DNA from: Polyangiales bacterium | GTDB taxonomy: Bacteria > Myxococcota_A > Polyangia > Polyangiales > JADJQN01 | Direction of reading: 5' to 3' | DNA length: 64,000 nucleotides | NCBI GenBank assembly: GCA_964202905.1 | Contig: CAXNJO010000006.1 | Coordinates: 331,406 to 395,405, forward strand | Shown: piece after piece, positions 29,113-38,538 of the stretch | How the letters are laid out: each line of letters starts with the position of its first letter | How positions within the stretch are numbered: the first letter of the stretch is position 1 | The notes under the pieces: generated by a model | What the model saw: only the letters and a program-made list of their open reading frames with translations | The model's database searches: none | What the model was told of the DNA's origin: nothing | Translations under genes and position numbers: made by a program

Positions 29113-30324
29113 ATGGAGATCGACGCCGGAAGCACCGCGTGGCTCATCGTCGCGACGGCGATGGTGCTCTTGATGACCCCGGGCCTCGCGCTGTTCTACG
29201 GCGGCATGGTCCGCCGCAAGAACGTGCTCTCGTCCCTGATGCACTCGTTCTTCGCGATCGCGCTGCTCTCGGTGTTCTGGGTCGCGCTCGGCTACTCGCT
29301 CGCCTTCGGCGCCGACCACGGCGGGCTCATCGGTGGCCTCGAGCACGCGGGCTTCGCGGGCGTCGGCACGGAGGCGAAGGGCCGCATCCCGCACCTGCTC
29401 TTCGCTGCGTTTCAGGGGATGTTCGCGGTGATCACGCCCGCGCTCATCAGCGGCGCCGTCGCCGAGCGCGTGAAGTTCTCGACCTACGCCGTCTTCATCC
29501 TGCTCTGGGCCGCGCTCGTCTACGCGCCCGTCGCGCACTGGGTGTGGGCCGACGGCGGCTGGCTGCTCCGCCTCGGCGCGCTCGACTTCGCCGGGGGCAC
29601 CGTGGTGCACGCGATCAGCGGCGTCACGGCCCTCGTGTTCGCGACGATGGCCGGGCCGCGCGTCGGCTTCGGGCGCGAGCGCTTCATCCCGCACGACCTG
29701 CCGATGATGGCGATCGGCACCGGGCTCCTGCTCTTCGGCTGGGTCGGCTTCAACGGGGGCAGCGCGCTCGCGGCCGACGGGGTCGCCGCGCTCGCGGTCG
29801 TGACGACGTGGCTCGCCGCCGCCGCGGGCGGGCTCTCCTGGTCGCTCGCCGAGTGGGTGCGCCACAAGAAGCCGAGCATGCTCGGCTGCGCGTCGGGCCT
29901 CGTCGCCGGGCTCGTCGCGATCACGCCGGGCGCGGGCTTCGTCTCACCGCTCTCTGCGCTCGTCATCGGCGGGCTCGCGGGCCTCGTTTGCTACGGGGCC
30001 GTCATCCTCAAGACGCGCGCGGGCTACGACGACGCCCTCGACGCCTTCGGCGTGCACGGCGTCGGCGGCATCTTCGGCGCCATCGCGACGGGCGTCTTCT
30101 CGAGCCGCGCGCTCAACCCCGCCGGTCGCGACGGCCTGCTCCACGGCAACCCCGCCCAGGTCGGCATCCAGGCCCTCGGCGTGCTCGCGGCCTGCGCGTA
30201 CGCGGCCGTCGTCAGCGCGCTCCTGCTCGCCGTCCTCCGCGCGACGATGGGCCTGCGCGTCGACGAGACCGCCGAGCGCGAAGGCCTCGACGCGAGCTGC
30301 CACGGCGAAGAGGCGTATCACTGA
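29113..30324 (+). CDS. amtB: Ammonium transporter
   Basis: MTPGLALFYGG, DFAGGTVVH, GFNGGS, GLVAITP, DDALDAFGVHG. Confidence 0.97.
   Translation: MEIDAGSTAWLIVATAMVLLMTPGLALFYGGMVRRKNVLSSLMHSFFAIALLSVFWVALGYSLAFGADHGGLIGGLEHAGFAGVGTEAKGRIPHLLFAAFQGMFAVITPALISGAVAERVKFSTYAVFILLWAALVYAPVAHWVWADGGWLLRLGALDFAGGTVVHAISGVTALVFATMAGPRVGFGRERFIPHDLPMMAIGTGLLLFGWVGFNGGSALAADGVAALAVVTTWLAAAAGGLSWSLAEWVRHKKPSMLGCASGLVAGLVAITPGAGFVSPLSALVIGGLAGLVCYGAVILKTRAGYDDALDAFGVHGVGGIFGAIATGVFSSRALNPAGRDGLLHGNPAQVGIQALGVLAACAYAAVVSALLLAVLRATMGLRVDETAEREGLDASCHGEEAYH
30217..30324 (+). repeat. 108-bp direct repeat copy 1 (amtB 3' end)
   Basis: Matches 31435-31542 with 4 mismatches. Confidence 0.95.
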
Positions 30325-30449
30325 CGCGTGCGGTGCGTGGGCAGCCGACGGTCTCGCGATGCCTCCCATGGAGCCGGCCGGGGTCGGCAGACACCGCGCG
30401 GGTTCGACGAGCCTCCGGCCTACACAACGCAGAGGCGCGCCGCTTCGGC

Positions 30450-31382
30450 TCAGTCAACCGTGAAGTAGTTCTGATCGATCTCGAGTAGCTCGACCGCACG
30501 TTCCGCGCGTACACCCACCTTGTAACGCATCATGAGGTCTAGGAGCCGAGTCCCATCAATCAACACGATCTTCGTCTGACTCCCCCGTTGCACGAACTCA
30601 TGCGCGGAGGCCGCGAACGAACTGGTCGTGATGAACACTCCCTTGGTCACTCCTTGTCCCGCCAGCGACCCAATGAACGCCTGAATCTCTTTCCGTGAGA
30701 CGACCTGATCGGGATGGAAGCGTTTGGCCTGTACGAGGACCTGATCGAGGCCGAGCACATCCTGGTTGATGCGGCCGTCGATGCCTTCATCGCCGCTTCG
30801 GCCGGTGTGAATTACCCCATCCGCGGCCATGTCGCCGTAACCCATCTTGGTCAGCACCTCCAACACGAGACGCTCGAAGAACGCAGGGCTCTGCTGCAAG
30901 ATGGCCTCGAGAAGTCGCTGTCTGACCTCGGAATGAATCACGTTCACGGCTGCATCGATGTCTTCGACGGGGGTACGCACGTTCGCGGGGGCTTGGGCCG
31001 TCGTGTCGTCTCCGGATCCACCGTCGTTGTCAGAACTCGTAGGCCGCGCCAGGAACTGGCGAAACTCTGCGAACGTCAACAGTCGTTCTCGCGTGATATC
31101 CCCGACGTGCTGCGCCAGAAAGGCTCTCCCGGTGTCGGTCGCTCGATACGTCTTCGGTGAAACCCTCGAGATCAGGCCCGCTTTCGTGAGGTATGTCATC
31201 GCCCAGCCAGCGCGATTCTGAACGAGTCTGCTGTGGCCGCTGGGAATCATCTGAGCCCTTTCCGCGGGTGAGAGGCGGAAGTGCTCGGCCATGTTCGTCT
31301 CGATCGAGGCACGCGTGATCCCTTCACGAGCCGCCAGTTCGAGGATGGGACGCATCATCAGGTCATAGGTCGGGATGGTCAT
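30450..31382 (-). CDS. mrr: Mrr type IV (modification-dependent) restriction endonuclease
   Basis: MTIPTYDLMMRP N-terminus, NRAGWAMTYL, FFERLV, GDEGIDG, VQAKR, GVFITTSSF, LIDG; lower GC. Confidence 0.95.
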   Translation of the reverse strand: MTIPTYDLMMRPILELAAREGITRASIETNMAEHFRLSPAERAQMIPSGHSRLVQNRAGWAMTYLTKAGLISRVSPKTYRATDTGRAFLAQHVGDITRERLLTFAEFRQFLARPTSSDNDGGSGDDTTAQAPANVRTPVEDIDAAVNVIHSEVRQRLLEAILQQSPAFFERLVLEVLTKMGYGDMAADGVIHTGRSGDEGIDGRINQDVLGLDQVLVQAKRFHPDQVVSRKEIQAFIGSLAGQGVTKGVFITTSSFAASAHEFVQRGSQTKIVLIDGTRLLDLMMRYKVGVRAERAVELLEIDQNYFTVD

Positions 31383-31434
31383 GGCGTTGCGGCGAAGAGG
31401 GTAGTTGTCTCGCCCAACGCGCTGCAATGAATAT

Positions 31435-31542
31435 GCGCTCCTTCTCGCCATCCACCGCGCGACGATGGGCCTGCGCGTCGACGAGACCGCCGAGCGCGAA
31501 GGCCTCGACGCGAGCTGCCACGGCGAAGAGGCGTACCACTGA
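31435..31542 (+). repeat. 108-bp direct repeat copy 2 (orphan amtB 3' end with stop codon)
   Basis: Encodes ...RATMGLRVDETAEREGLDASCHGEEAYH*. Confidence 0.95.
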
Positions 31543-31598
31543 GCGCGTCTTGCGATGCACGCGCCGGGGTCGGGTCGCCGGGTGCTACGGTCCCACCC

Positions 31599-31841
31599 AT
31601 GCGCCTCGAGACGCTGCCGGGCTGGACGAATGCCGAGGACGAGCTCGTCCGCGAGAACGCGGAGCGCTGGCGCGCGATGTCGGTGGCGGAGCGCTGGCGT
31701 GAGGTCGAGGCCTGCGCGCGGGACGTGCTGTGGGCCGTCCGCGCCAGCCCCTTCCCGGAGCGCGTGCTCGGCTACGAAGACCCGCTCCCGGAGAGCACGC
31801 TCGCGGCGCTTCGGCGTCTCCGCGCGGATCGCAGGGAATGA
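31599..31841 (+). CDS. Small protein, candidate antitoxin
   Basis: 80 aa, WRAMSVAERW; ATGA-coupled to the downstream nucleotidyltransferase. Confidence 0.65.
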   Translation: MRLETLPGWTNAEDELVRENAERWRAMSVAERWREVEACARDVLWAVRASPFPERVLGYEDPLPESTLAALRRLRADRRE

Positions 31842-32407
31842 GCGCGCTGCAACGCACCGCGGCCGAGGCGGGACGCGCGATCGCCGACGCGCTCGGTGCC
31901 GCGGGCGTCCCCTACGCGCTCGGGGGTGCACTCGCGCTCGCCGTGGCCGGTGTTCCGCGCGGCACGCGGGACGTCGATGTGAATGTGTTCGTCGGGATCG
32001 ACGCACTCGACGGAGTCTTCGATGCGCTCGTTGCTCTCGGCATCACGCTCGACCGCGAGGCCGCGCGGGCGCGCGCCGCGCGGGATGGGCTGTTCGTCGG
32101 CGTGTGGGATGGCATGCGCGTCGACGTGTTCGTCCCGAGCATTCCGTTCTCGGACGAGGCGGCGCGCACGCGGGTCGAGATCGACGTCGACGGTTGGCGA
32201 GGCTTTTTCCTCGCGCCGGAGGCCATCGCCGTCTTCAAGCTGCTCTTCTTCCGCGCGAAGGATGTCGGCGATCTCGGTCAACTCATCGCGGTCCGTCGCG
32301 AGGCACTCGATCGCGGCTACGTGCGCCGCTGGCTGGCCGACATGATGGGCGAGGAAGACGAGCGGGTGCGGCGTTGGGACGAACTCGTCGCCCGCTACGC
32401 CGGCTGA
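31838..32407 (+). CDS. Pol-beta-superfamily nucleotidyltransferase (AbiEii/DUF6036-like)
   Basis: YALGGALAL...RGTRDVD, KL...RAKDVGD motifs. Confidence 0.75.
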   Translation: MSALQRTAAEAGRAIADALGAAGVPYALGGALALAVAGVPRGTRDVDVNVFVGIDALDGVFDALVALGITLDREAARARAARDGLFVGVWDGMRVDVFVPSIPFSDEAARTRVEIDVDGWRGFFLAPEAIAVFKLLFFRAKDVGDLGQLIAVRREALDRGYVRRWLADMMGEEDERVRRWDELVARYAG

Positions 32408-32453
32408 GCGCGGTCGCTCATGCGCCGCGCCTCCGCGCGGTCAGTCCTCGCCG

Positions 32454-33365
32454 TCAGTCGTCCCCATCCTCGTCGTCCTCGTCCTCGCGGTGCGTGACGG
32501 ACGCGAGCGCGCGGTCCTCGGCCCCGTGCATCAGCAACCCGACGAGCGTGCCGAGCCCCGCGAGCGAGACGCCCGCGGCGATGGCCGGGACGATCGCGCG
32601 ATCCCGCGCGCGCTCCTCGATCGCCAGCGGCGCGAGCGCGACGCCCACCCCGGCGGCGGCCGTCAGCGCGAGCAGCACGAGCCCGCCCGCGCGCGTCCCG
32701 CCCCGCGTCTCGTACTCGACCGTGACGCGGTCGCCCTCCTCGATCGGCAGCAGGTGCGCGACCTCGCGTCGCGGCAGCCCCGCCCGCGCGAGGGCGATGC
32801 GATAGAGGCCGGTGCGCAGCGGGAGCACGCACGGCGTCGCGCAGAGCGGCGCCAGCGCGCTGCCCGCAGGGGCCGCGTCGACCTGCACGCGCTCACCGCC
32901 GCGGCTCCGGATGCGGATGCGCGTCGCGGACGACGACGCTGCGGCCGTCGCATACGGCGCGGCCGGGGCCATCGGGATCGCCTCTGCACCCGGTGCTGCC
33001 GTGGCAGTCGGTGTTGCCGTGGCAGTCGGTGTTGCCGTGGCACCCGGTGTTGCAATTGCATCCCGATTGTCATCTGCAACAGATGTTGCAGATGCAACCC
33101 GATTGTCGTTGGGCAGCTCGCCTGCGGGCCCGGCGAAGCCGACGTCGGCCGCCGCGACGCGGCGCGTCTCGCCGGTGATCAGCACGATGGTCACGTGATC
33201 GCCGACGACGAACTCCGCGATCGTCCCGCGCAGGAGGCCCCCGTCGCGCAGCCGCACGACGTCGGGCGCGGCGGTGAGGCCCTGCGCGGCGGCGTGCTCC
33301 GTGGCCGCGAGCGCGATCAGCGCGAAGACCAGCGGGGCGAGAGACGCGAGGGCGCGGCGCGGCAT
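32454..33365 (-). CDS. Hypothetical exported/membrane protein
   Basis: Signal peptide; DVVRLRDGGLLRGTI; CATPC; two C-terminal TM segments; TA-rich linker. Confidence 0.7.
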   Translation of the reverse strand: MPRRALASLAPLVFALIALAATEHAAAQGLTAAPDVVRLRDGGLLRGTIAEFVVGDHVTIVLITGETRRVAAADVGFAGPAGELPNDNRVASATSVADDNRDAIATPGATATPTATATPTATAAPGAEAIPMAPAAPYATAAASSSATRIRIRSRGGERVQVDAAPAGSALAPLCATPCVLPLRTGLYRIALARAGLPRREVAHLLPIEEGDRVTVEYETRGGTRAGGLVLLALTAAAGVGVALAPLAIEERARDRAIVPAIAAGVSLAGLGTLVGLLMHGAEDRALASVTHREDEDDEDGDD

Positions 33366-33464
33366 GGCGCCGACGCTACCACGCGCCGATCGCGCGCCCT
33401 GCTGCGCGCGCGTGCGAAGGGGGTGGGGGTCTGATAAACCCGCGACCGCCAACGGAGGTCCATC

Positions 33465-34868
33465 ATGGCGACGCGCACCGAGTCCGATTCCATGGGCACG
33501 CTCGAGGTCCCGGCCGAGATGTACTGGGGCTGTCAGACCCAGCGCTCCAAGCAGAACTTCCGTATCGGCGAGGAGCGCATGCCGCGCGAGGTCGTCCGCG
33601 CCTTCGGCATCCTCAAGAAGGCCGCCGCCCTCACGAACCACGAGCTCGGCGTGCTCCCGGCCGACAAGCGCGACCTCATCGCGACCGCGGCCGACGAGGT
33701 CATCGCGGGCAAGCTCGACGCGCACTTCCCGCTCGTCGTCTGGCAGACGGGCTCGGGCACGCAGTCGAACATGAACGTCAACGAGGTCATCTCGAACCGC
33801 GCGATCGAGATCGCGGGCGGCGTGATGGGCTCGAAGAAGCCCATCCACCCGAACGACGACGTCAACAAGTCGCAGTCCTCCAACGACACCTACCCGACGG
33901 CCATGCACATCGCCGCCGTCGAGCAGATCGAGGCCTACCTCTTCCCGCGCGTGCGCGTGCTCCGCGACACGCTCGCGGCGAAGTCCGAGGCCTTCGCGGG
34001 CATCGTGAAGATCGGCCGCACGCACCTGCAGGACGCGACGCCGCTCACGCTCGGCCAGGCGATGAGCGGCTGGGTCGCGCAGCTCGACGCCGCGCTCGAC
34101 GCCATCACGCGCACGCTCCCGCAGCTCCGCCAGATCGCGCTCGGCGGCACGGCCGTCGGCACCGGGCTCAACGCGCCGGAGGGCTACTCGGAGCTCGTCG
34201 CCGCGACGATCAGCACGATCGCGGGCCGCGATTTTCAGAGCGCGCCCAACAAGTTCGCGGCGCTCGCGGGGCACGACGCCTTCGTCGGCACGCACGGCGC
34301 GCTCAAGCAGCTCGCCGCGGCGTGCATGAAGATCGCGAACGACGTGCGCTGGCTCGCGAGCGGCCCGCGCTGCGGCATCGGCGAGCTCACGATCCCCGAG
34401 AACGAGCCCGGCTCCTCGATCATGCCCGGCAAGGTCAACCCGACGCAGAGCGAGGCCATGACGATGGTCTGCTGCCAGGTCTTCGGGAACGACGCGACCA
34501 TCGGCTTCGCCGCGAGCCAGGGCAACTTCGAGCTCAACGTCTTCAAGCCCGTGCTCGCCTACAACATGCTCCAGTCGGTGCGCCTGCTCGCCGATGCGTG
34601 CGAGTCGTTCGAGGAGCACTGCGCGCGCGGCATCGAGCCGAACCTCCCGGTCATCGAGAAGCACGTGAACGGCTCGCTCATGCTCGTCACCGCGCTCAAC
34701 CCGCGCATCGGCTACGACAACGCCGCCAAGGTCGCGAAGCACGCGCACAAGACGGGCAGCACGCTGCGCGAGGCGGCGATCGCGCTCGGGCTGCTCGGCG
34801 GCGAGGAGTTCGATCAGCTCGTCCGCCCCGCCGACATGGTCGGCAACCTCCAACTCCCGAAGGGCTGA
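33465..34868 (+). CDS. fumC: Class II fumarate hydratase
   Basis: [33 protein letters not shown]. Confidence 0.98.
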   Translation: MATRTESDSMGTLEVPAEMYWGCQTQRSKQNFRIGEERMPREVVRAFGILKKAAALTNHELGVLPADKRDLIATAADEVIAGKLDAHFPLVVWQTGSGTQSNMNVNEVISNRAIEIAGGVMGSKKPIHPNDDVNKSQSSNDTYPTAMHIAAVEQIEAYLFPRVRVLRDTLAAKSEAFAGIVKIGRTHLQDATPLTLGQAMSGWVAQLDAALDAITRTLPQLRQIALGGTAVGTGLNAPEGYSELVAATISTIAGRDFQSAPNKFAALAGHDAFVGTHGALKQLAAACMKIANDVRWLASGPRCGIGELTIPENEPGSSIMPGKVNPTQSEAMTMVCCQVFGNDATIGFAASQGNFELNVFKPVLAYNMLQSVRLLADACESFEEHCARGIEPNLPVIEKHVNGSLMLVTALNPRIGYDNAAKVAKHAHKTGSTLREAAIALGLLGGEEFDQLVRPADMVGNLQLPKG

Positions 34869-34869
34869 G

Positions 34870-35853
34870 ATGCGCGTCCTCCTCACCGGCGCGACCGGCT
34901 TCCTCGGCTCGCACATCGCGGAGCAGCTCGCGGCGCGCGGCGACGTCGTGCGCGCGCTCGTGCGCCGCTCGTCGAAAATCGACGCGCTCGAGCGCCTCGG
35001 CGCCGAGCTCGCGTACGCGAACCTCGAGAAGGGCGAGGGCCTCGAGGCCGCGCTCGACGGCGTCGATTGCGTGATCCATTGCGCGGGCGTCGTGAAGGCG
35101 CTCGACGAGGCGGGCTTCCTCGAGGTCAACGAGCACGGCACGCGCAACCTCGTCGAGGCCGCGCGCCGCGTCGCGGGCCGCGTGCGCCGCTTCGTCTACA
35201 TCTCCTCGCACGAGGCGTGGGGCCCGGCCGAGCCCGGCGTGATGCCGACGGAGGACATGCCCCCGCGCCCCATCACGATGTACGGCCGCAGCAAGCTCGC
35301 GGGCGAGCGCGCCGTGCTCGCCGCGGCCGGCGACATGCCCGTCACCGTCCTGCGCCCCACGGGCATCTACGGCCCGCGTGACGCCGAGATCTTCCAGCTC
35401 TTCGCCATCGCCAACCGCGGCGTGCTCCCGCTCATCAACCGCCGCACGAGCCGCTTCACGATGGTCTACGGCCCCGACTGCGCCGCCGCGGCGGTGACCG
35501 CGCTCGACGTCGATCACCCGAGCGGCAGCGTCTACTTCGTGACCGACGGCGCCGTCTACACCTGGGAGGACGCCATCGGCATCGTCGAGGGCGCCATCGG
35601 CCGCCGCGCGCGCCTGCGCTTCGAGATCCCGGGCTTCGCGGTGCACGCCGTCGCCATCGCCTCCGAGCTCTCGATGAAGCTCACGCGCAAGCCGCAGATC
35701 GTGACGCGCGAAAAGGTCGGCATCCTGCGCGCGCCCAACCTCGTGATCAGCGCCGAGAAGATCCAGCGCGAGCTCGGCTGGAAACCGACCCTCGGCTTCG
35801 CCGAAGGCGCCCGCGTCACCGTCGCCTGGTACCGCGAGCACGGCTGGCTCTGA
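34870..35853 (+). CDS. NAD-dependent epimerase/dehydratase
   Basis: TGATGFLG, YGRSK, IYGP. Confidence 0.92.
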   Translation: MRVLLTGATGFLGSHIAEQLAARGDVVRALVRRSSKIDALERLGAELAYANLEKGEGLEAALDGVDCVIHCAGVVKALDEAGFLEVNEHGTRNLVEAARRVAGRVRRFVYISSHEAWGPAEPGVMPTEDMPPRPITMYGRSKLAGERAVLAAAGDMPVTVLRPTGIYGPRDAEIFQLFAIANRGVLPLINRRTSRFTMVYGPDCAAAAVTALDVDHPSGSVYFVTDGAVYTWEDAIGIVEGAIGRRARLRFEIPGFAVHAVAIASELSMKLTRKPQIVTREKVGILRAPNLVISAEKIQRELGWKPTLGFAEGARVTVAWYREHGWL

Positions 35854-35870
35854 CGGCCAGCCGGCTGGCT
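35846..35870 (+). repeat. 25-bp direct repeat copy 1 (spans the epimerase stop codon)
   Basis: ggctctgacggccagccggctggct, identical to 36604-36628. Confidence 0.85.
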
Positions 35871-35959
35871 CTCGGCTGGCGGTGGCCGATTCGAATGGCC
35901 TTCCGCGATGGTCGCCGGTGGTGGCGCGCCGAACGGGCGAGTCGTGCGATTCTCCACCC

Positions 35960-36544
35960 ATGTCGACGGATCCAGCACATCGCCTCGCGACCTACGACGA
36001 CGTACTCGCCGCGGGCGATGCGCGCGTCGAGGTCATGGGAGGTCATCTCGAGGTGCTGCCGTCTCAGCGGCCGCGGCCGCGGCATGGGCGGGTTGCGCGG
36101 GCGCTCGCCGGGGCGATCGGCGCACCGTTCGACGATGACGATGGCCGTGGCGGCCCCGGGGGCTGGTGGATCCTCGCCGAGGTCGACGTGCGGTTCGGCC
36201 GACACGACATCGTGCGTCCGGACCTCTCCGGTTGGCGTCGCGAGCGGCTCACCGACCTCGATGCACTGCCCGTCGATGTGCGCCCTGACTGGGTGTGCGA
36301 GGTGCTGTCGCCGGGGAGTCGGCTCCGCGACACGCGCGACAAACGACGCCTCTTCGCGGTGTCGGGCGTGCCGCACTACTGGCTGCTCGATCCGGATGAC
36401 CAGACGCTGCTCGCCCTGACCCTCGACGGCGAACGTTGGGTGGAACAGGGCCTCTACGCGCCGGGCGACGTCGTGCGCGTGGCGCCGTTCGAGGCCGTCG
36501 AACTCGACGTGGGGCGTCTGTTTCCGCCCGGCCGCCCCGGCTGA
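35960..36544 (+). CDS. Uma2 family (DUF820) PD-(D/E)XK endonuclease
   Basis: GRGGPGGWWIL, RPDLSGW, PDWVCEVLSP, GVPHYWLLDP. Confidence 0.92.
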   Translation: MSTDPAHRLATYDDVLAAGDARVEVMGGHLEVLPSQRPRPRHGRVARALAGAIGAPFDDDDGRGGPGGWWILAEVDVRFGRHDIVRPDLSGWRRERLTDLDALPVDVRPDWVCEVLSPGSRLRDTRDKRRLFAVSGVPHYWLLDPDDQTLLALTLDGERWVEQGLYAPGDVVRVAPFEAVELDVGRLFPPGRPG

Positions 36545-36603
36545 GCGCGGTGTGCTCGGACGCGTATCCCATCGCCTCACGACGCGCAGAGAGCCAGCCG
36601 TCC

Positions 36604-36628
36604 GGCTCTGACGGCCAGCCGGCTGGCT
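36604..36628 (+). repeat. 25-bp direct repeat copy 2
   Basis: Identical to 35846-35870. Confidence 0.85.
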
Positions 36629-36702
36629 GTGTCCGTCGTCTCGTGCACGCACCGCGCGCACCGCGCGCAACGCGCGTCGCGCGCGCGGCGTGCGCGCCGC
36701 CG

Positions 36703-38316
36703 TCACCACGGCACGGCGCGGTAGTCCTTGAGGAAGAGCCCCCAGAGGTGCTCGCCGGTGTTCAATCCGTGGAAGATCGGGTCGACGATGCGCGCCGCGC
36801 CGTCGACGATGTCGAGCGGCGGGTGGAAACCGTGGATCTCCGTCTTGCGCTCGGCGAGCGCGGCGGGGTCTTCGTCGGTGACCCAGCCGGTGTCCACGCT
36901 GTTCATGTGGATTCCGTCCTGCACGTAATCCGGCGCAGACGTGCGCGTGAGCATGTTGAGCGCGGCCTTCGCCATGTTCGTGTGCGGGTGTTTGTCCGTC
37001 TTGTGCTCGCGGTAGAACTGACCTTCCATCGCCGAGACGTTGACGATGTGTTTGTCGCCGGTGCGGTGCCGCACCATGAGCGGCTTGAGGCGCGCGCTCA
37101 GCACGAAGGGCGCGATGGCGTTGACGAGCTGCACCTCGAGCAGCTCGATGGTCGGCACCTCCGCGAGCGTGAGGCGCCACGAGTTGAGCGCGCGCAGATC
37201 GACCTGCTGCAGATCTTGATCGAGCGCACCCGCGGGGAAGAGCAGCGCGCTCGACGCGTGATCCTCGGCGAGCAGCGGCACCTGCGAGAGCGCGGGCGCG
37301 TCGTGGGGCGTGCCCTGCCGCGCGGCGTGCGTCGCGTGGCGCGCGAGCAGCTGCGCCTCGCCCGCGGGCAGCGCCGCGAGCGGCTGCGCCTCGCCGTCCA
37401 TCAGGTGCGCGTAAAAGCCGGGCGGGCGCCGTACCGTCTGGCAGGCGTTGTGGAGGATGAAGTCGAGGCGGTCGTAGGTCTCGCTGACGTGCCGCGCGAA
37501 GGACTCGACGCTCGGCGTGTGGCGCAGGTCGAGGCCGTAGATGTCGAGGCGATCGCGCCACTCGGCGTAGTCCGCCTCGCGCGCGTAGCGGCGCGCCGCG
37601 TCCTGCGGGAAGCGTGTCGTCGCGAGCACGTGCGCGCCGGCGCGCAGCAGCAGGATCGACGCCTGATACCCGATCTTCACGCGCGCCCCGGTGACGAGCG
37701 CGACGCGGCCGCGGCAATCGGCCGTCTGTTGCCGCTTGTTCCAGTTCAGCTCGGCGCAGCGCGCGCACAGCTGGTCGTAGAAGAAGTGCGCGTGCTGGAA
37801 CGCCGCCTTGCACACGTAGCACTTGCGCGGCTCGTTCAGCGCGCGCGTCGGGTCGCCGCTCGCGTCGTGCGGCGGGGTCGGCGCGGCGTGCGTCGGCGCG
37901 GCGTGCGGGGAGGGGCGCTGCGGCGCAGGGAGGGGCGCGTGGGCCGCCGGGTCGTGTCCGCCGGCGAGCGCCCGGACGGGCGGGATCGCCGCGAGCGACG
38001 GAGTCGGGAAGACGGGCGCGCGGCGGAGCGCGCGGATCCCGGTGTCGTCGAGCACCGCCTCGTCCTCGGCGCGCACGTCGTGGCGCTCCCTCTTGCGGAA
38101 GGCCTTCGCGAGCTTGCGCGCCTCGCCCCGCGCGGGTCGGGACACGCGGCCGGCGGACATCAGCAGCCGCTGCCGCGCGTCCTCGGGCACGTCGACGAGC
38201 TGCGCGCGGTCCTCGATGAACGCGTCGAGCAGGGAGATGGCGTCCTCGACGCGGGCGAGCAGCGCCTCGCGCGCGGTCACGTCGAGCGGGGTCTTCGGAG
38301 GCGGGCGGTCGCTCAC
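36703..38316 (-). CDS. SDR family oxidoreductase with N-terminal extension and CxxC...CxxC motif
   Basis: CYVCK...CARC, VTGARVKIG, NVSAMEG, NMAKAAL, DTGW; GTG start inferred. Confidence 0.85.
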   Translation of the reverse strand: MSDRPPPKTPLDVTAREALLARVEDAISLLDAFIEDRAQLVDVPEDARQRLLMSAGRVSRPARGEARKLAKAFRKRERHDVRAEDEAVLDDTGIRALRRAPVFPTPSLAAIPPVRALAGGHDPAAHAPLPAPQRPSPHAAPTHAAPTPPHDASGDPTRALNEPRKCYVCKAAFQHAHFFYDQLCARCAELNWNKRQQTADCRGRVALVTGARVKIGYQASILLLRAGAHVLATTRFPQDAARRYAREADYAEWRDRLDIYGLDLRHTPSVESFARHVSETYDRLDFILHNACQTVRRPPGFYAHLMDGEAQPLAALPAGEAQLLARHATHAARQGTPHDAPALSQVPLLAEDHASSALLFPAGALDQDLQQVDLRALNSWRLTLAEVPTIELLEVQLVNAIAPFVLSARLKPLMVRHRTGDKHIVNVSAMEGQFYREHKTDKHPHTNMAKAALNMLTRTSAPDYVQDGIHMNSVDTGWVTDEDPAALAERKTEIHGFHPPLDIVDGAARIVDPIFHGLNTGEHLWGLFLKDYRAVPW

Positions 38317-38453
38317 GGCGGAGACGCTTAGCACGGGGGCGCGCGCACCGAGCCGTGAACGCGCGGTCACGGCGCGCAGGGGCCCGAGCGTGAAGCGTCG
38401 GCTGCACCGCGCGGACGCATCGCGCCGAACCACGGGAAACGCGGCGCGTTCTG

Positions 38454-38470
38454 CTGGCATGCTTCTGGCT
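38454..38470 (+). promoter_or_regulatory. Candidate sigma54 (-24/-12) promoter
   Basis: CTGGCATGCTTCTGGCT has GG-N10-GC spacing, about 70 bp upstream of the 38539 ATG. Confidence 0.45.
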
Positions 38471-38538
38471 CGAGGGGACCGCCGGGCGCTGTCCCGCGCG
38501 CCGCTCCCCCGCGCAGCCGGGCCCCCGAGAGGAAAGCC

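Noticed and set aside
32454..35147. 897-aa minus-strand ORF spanning fumC
   Set aside because: Only the part from 33365 (signal peptide onward) looks real; the rest is antisense to fumC.
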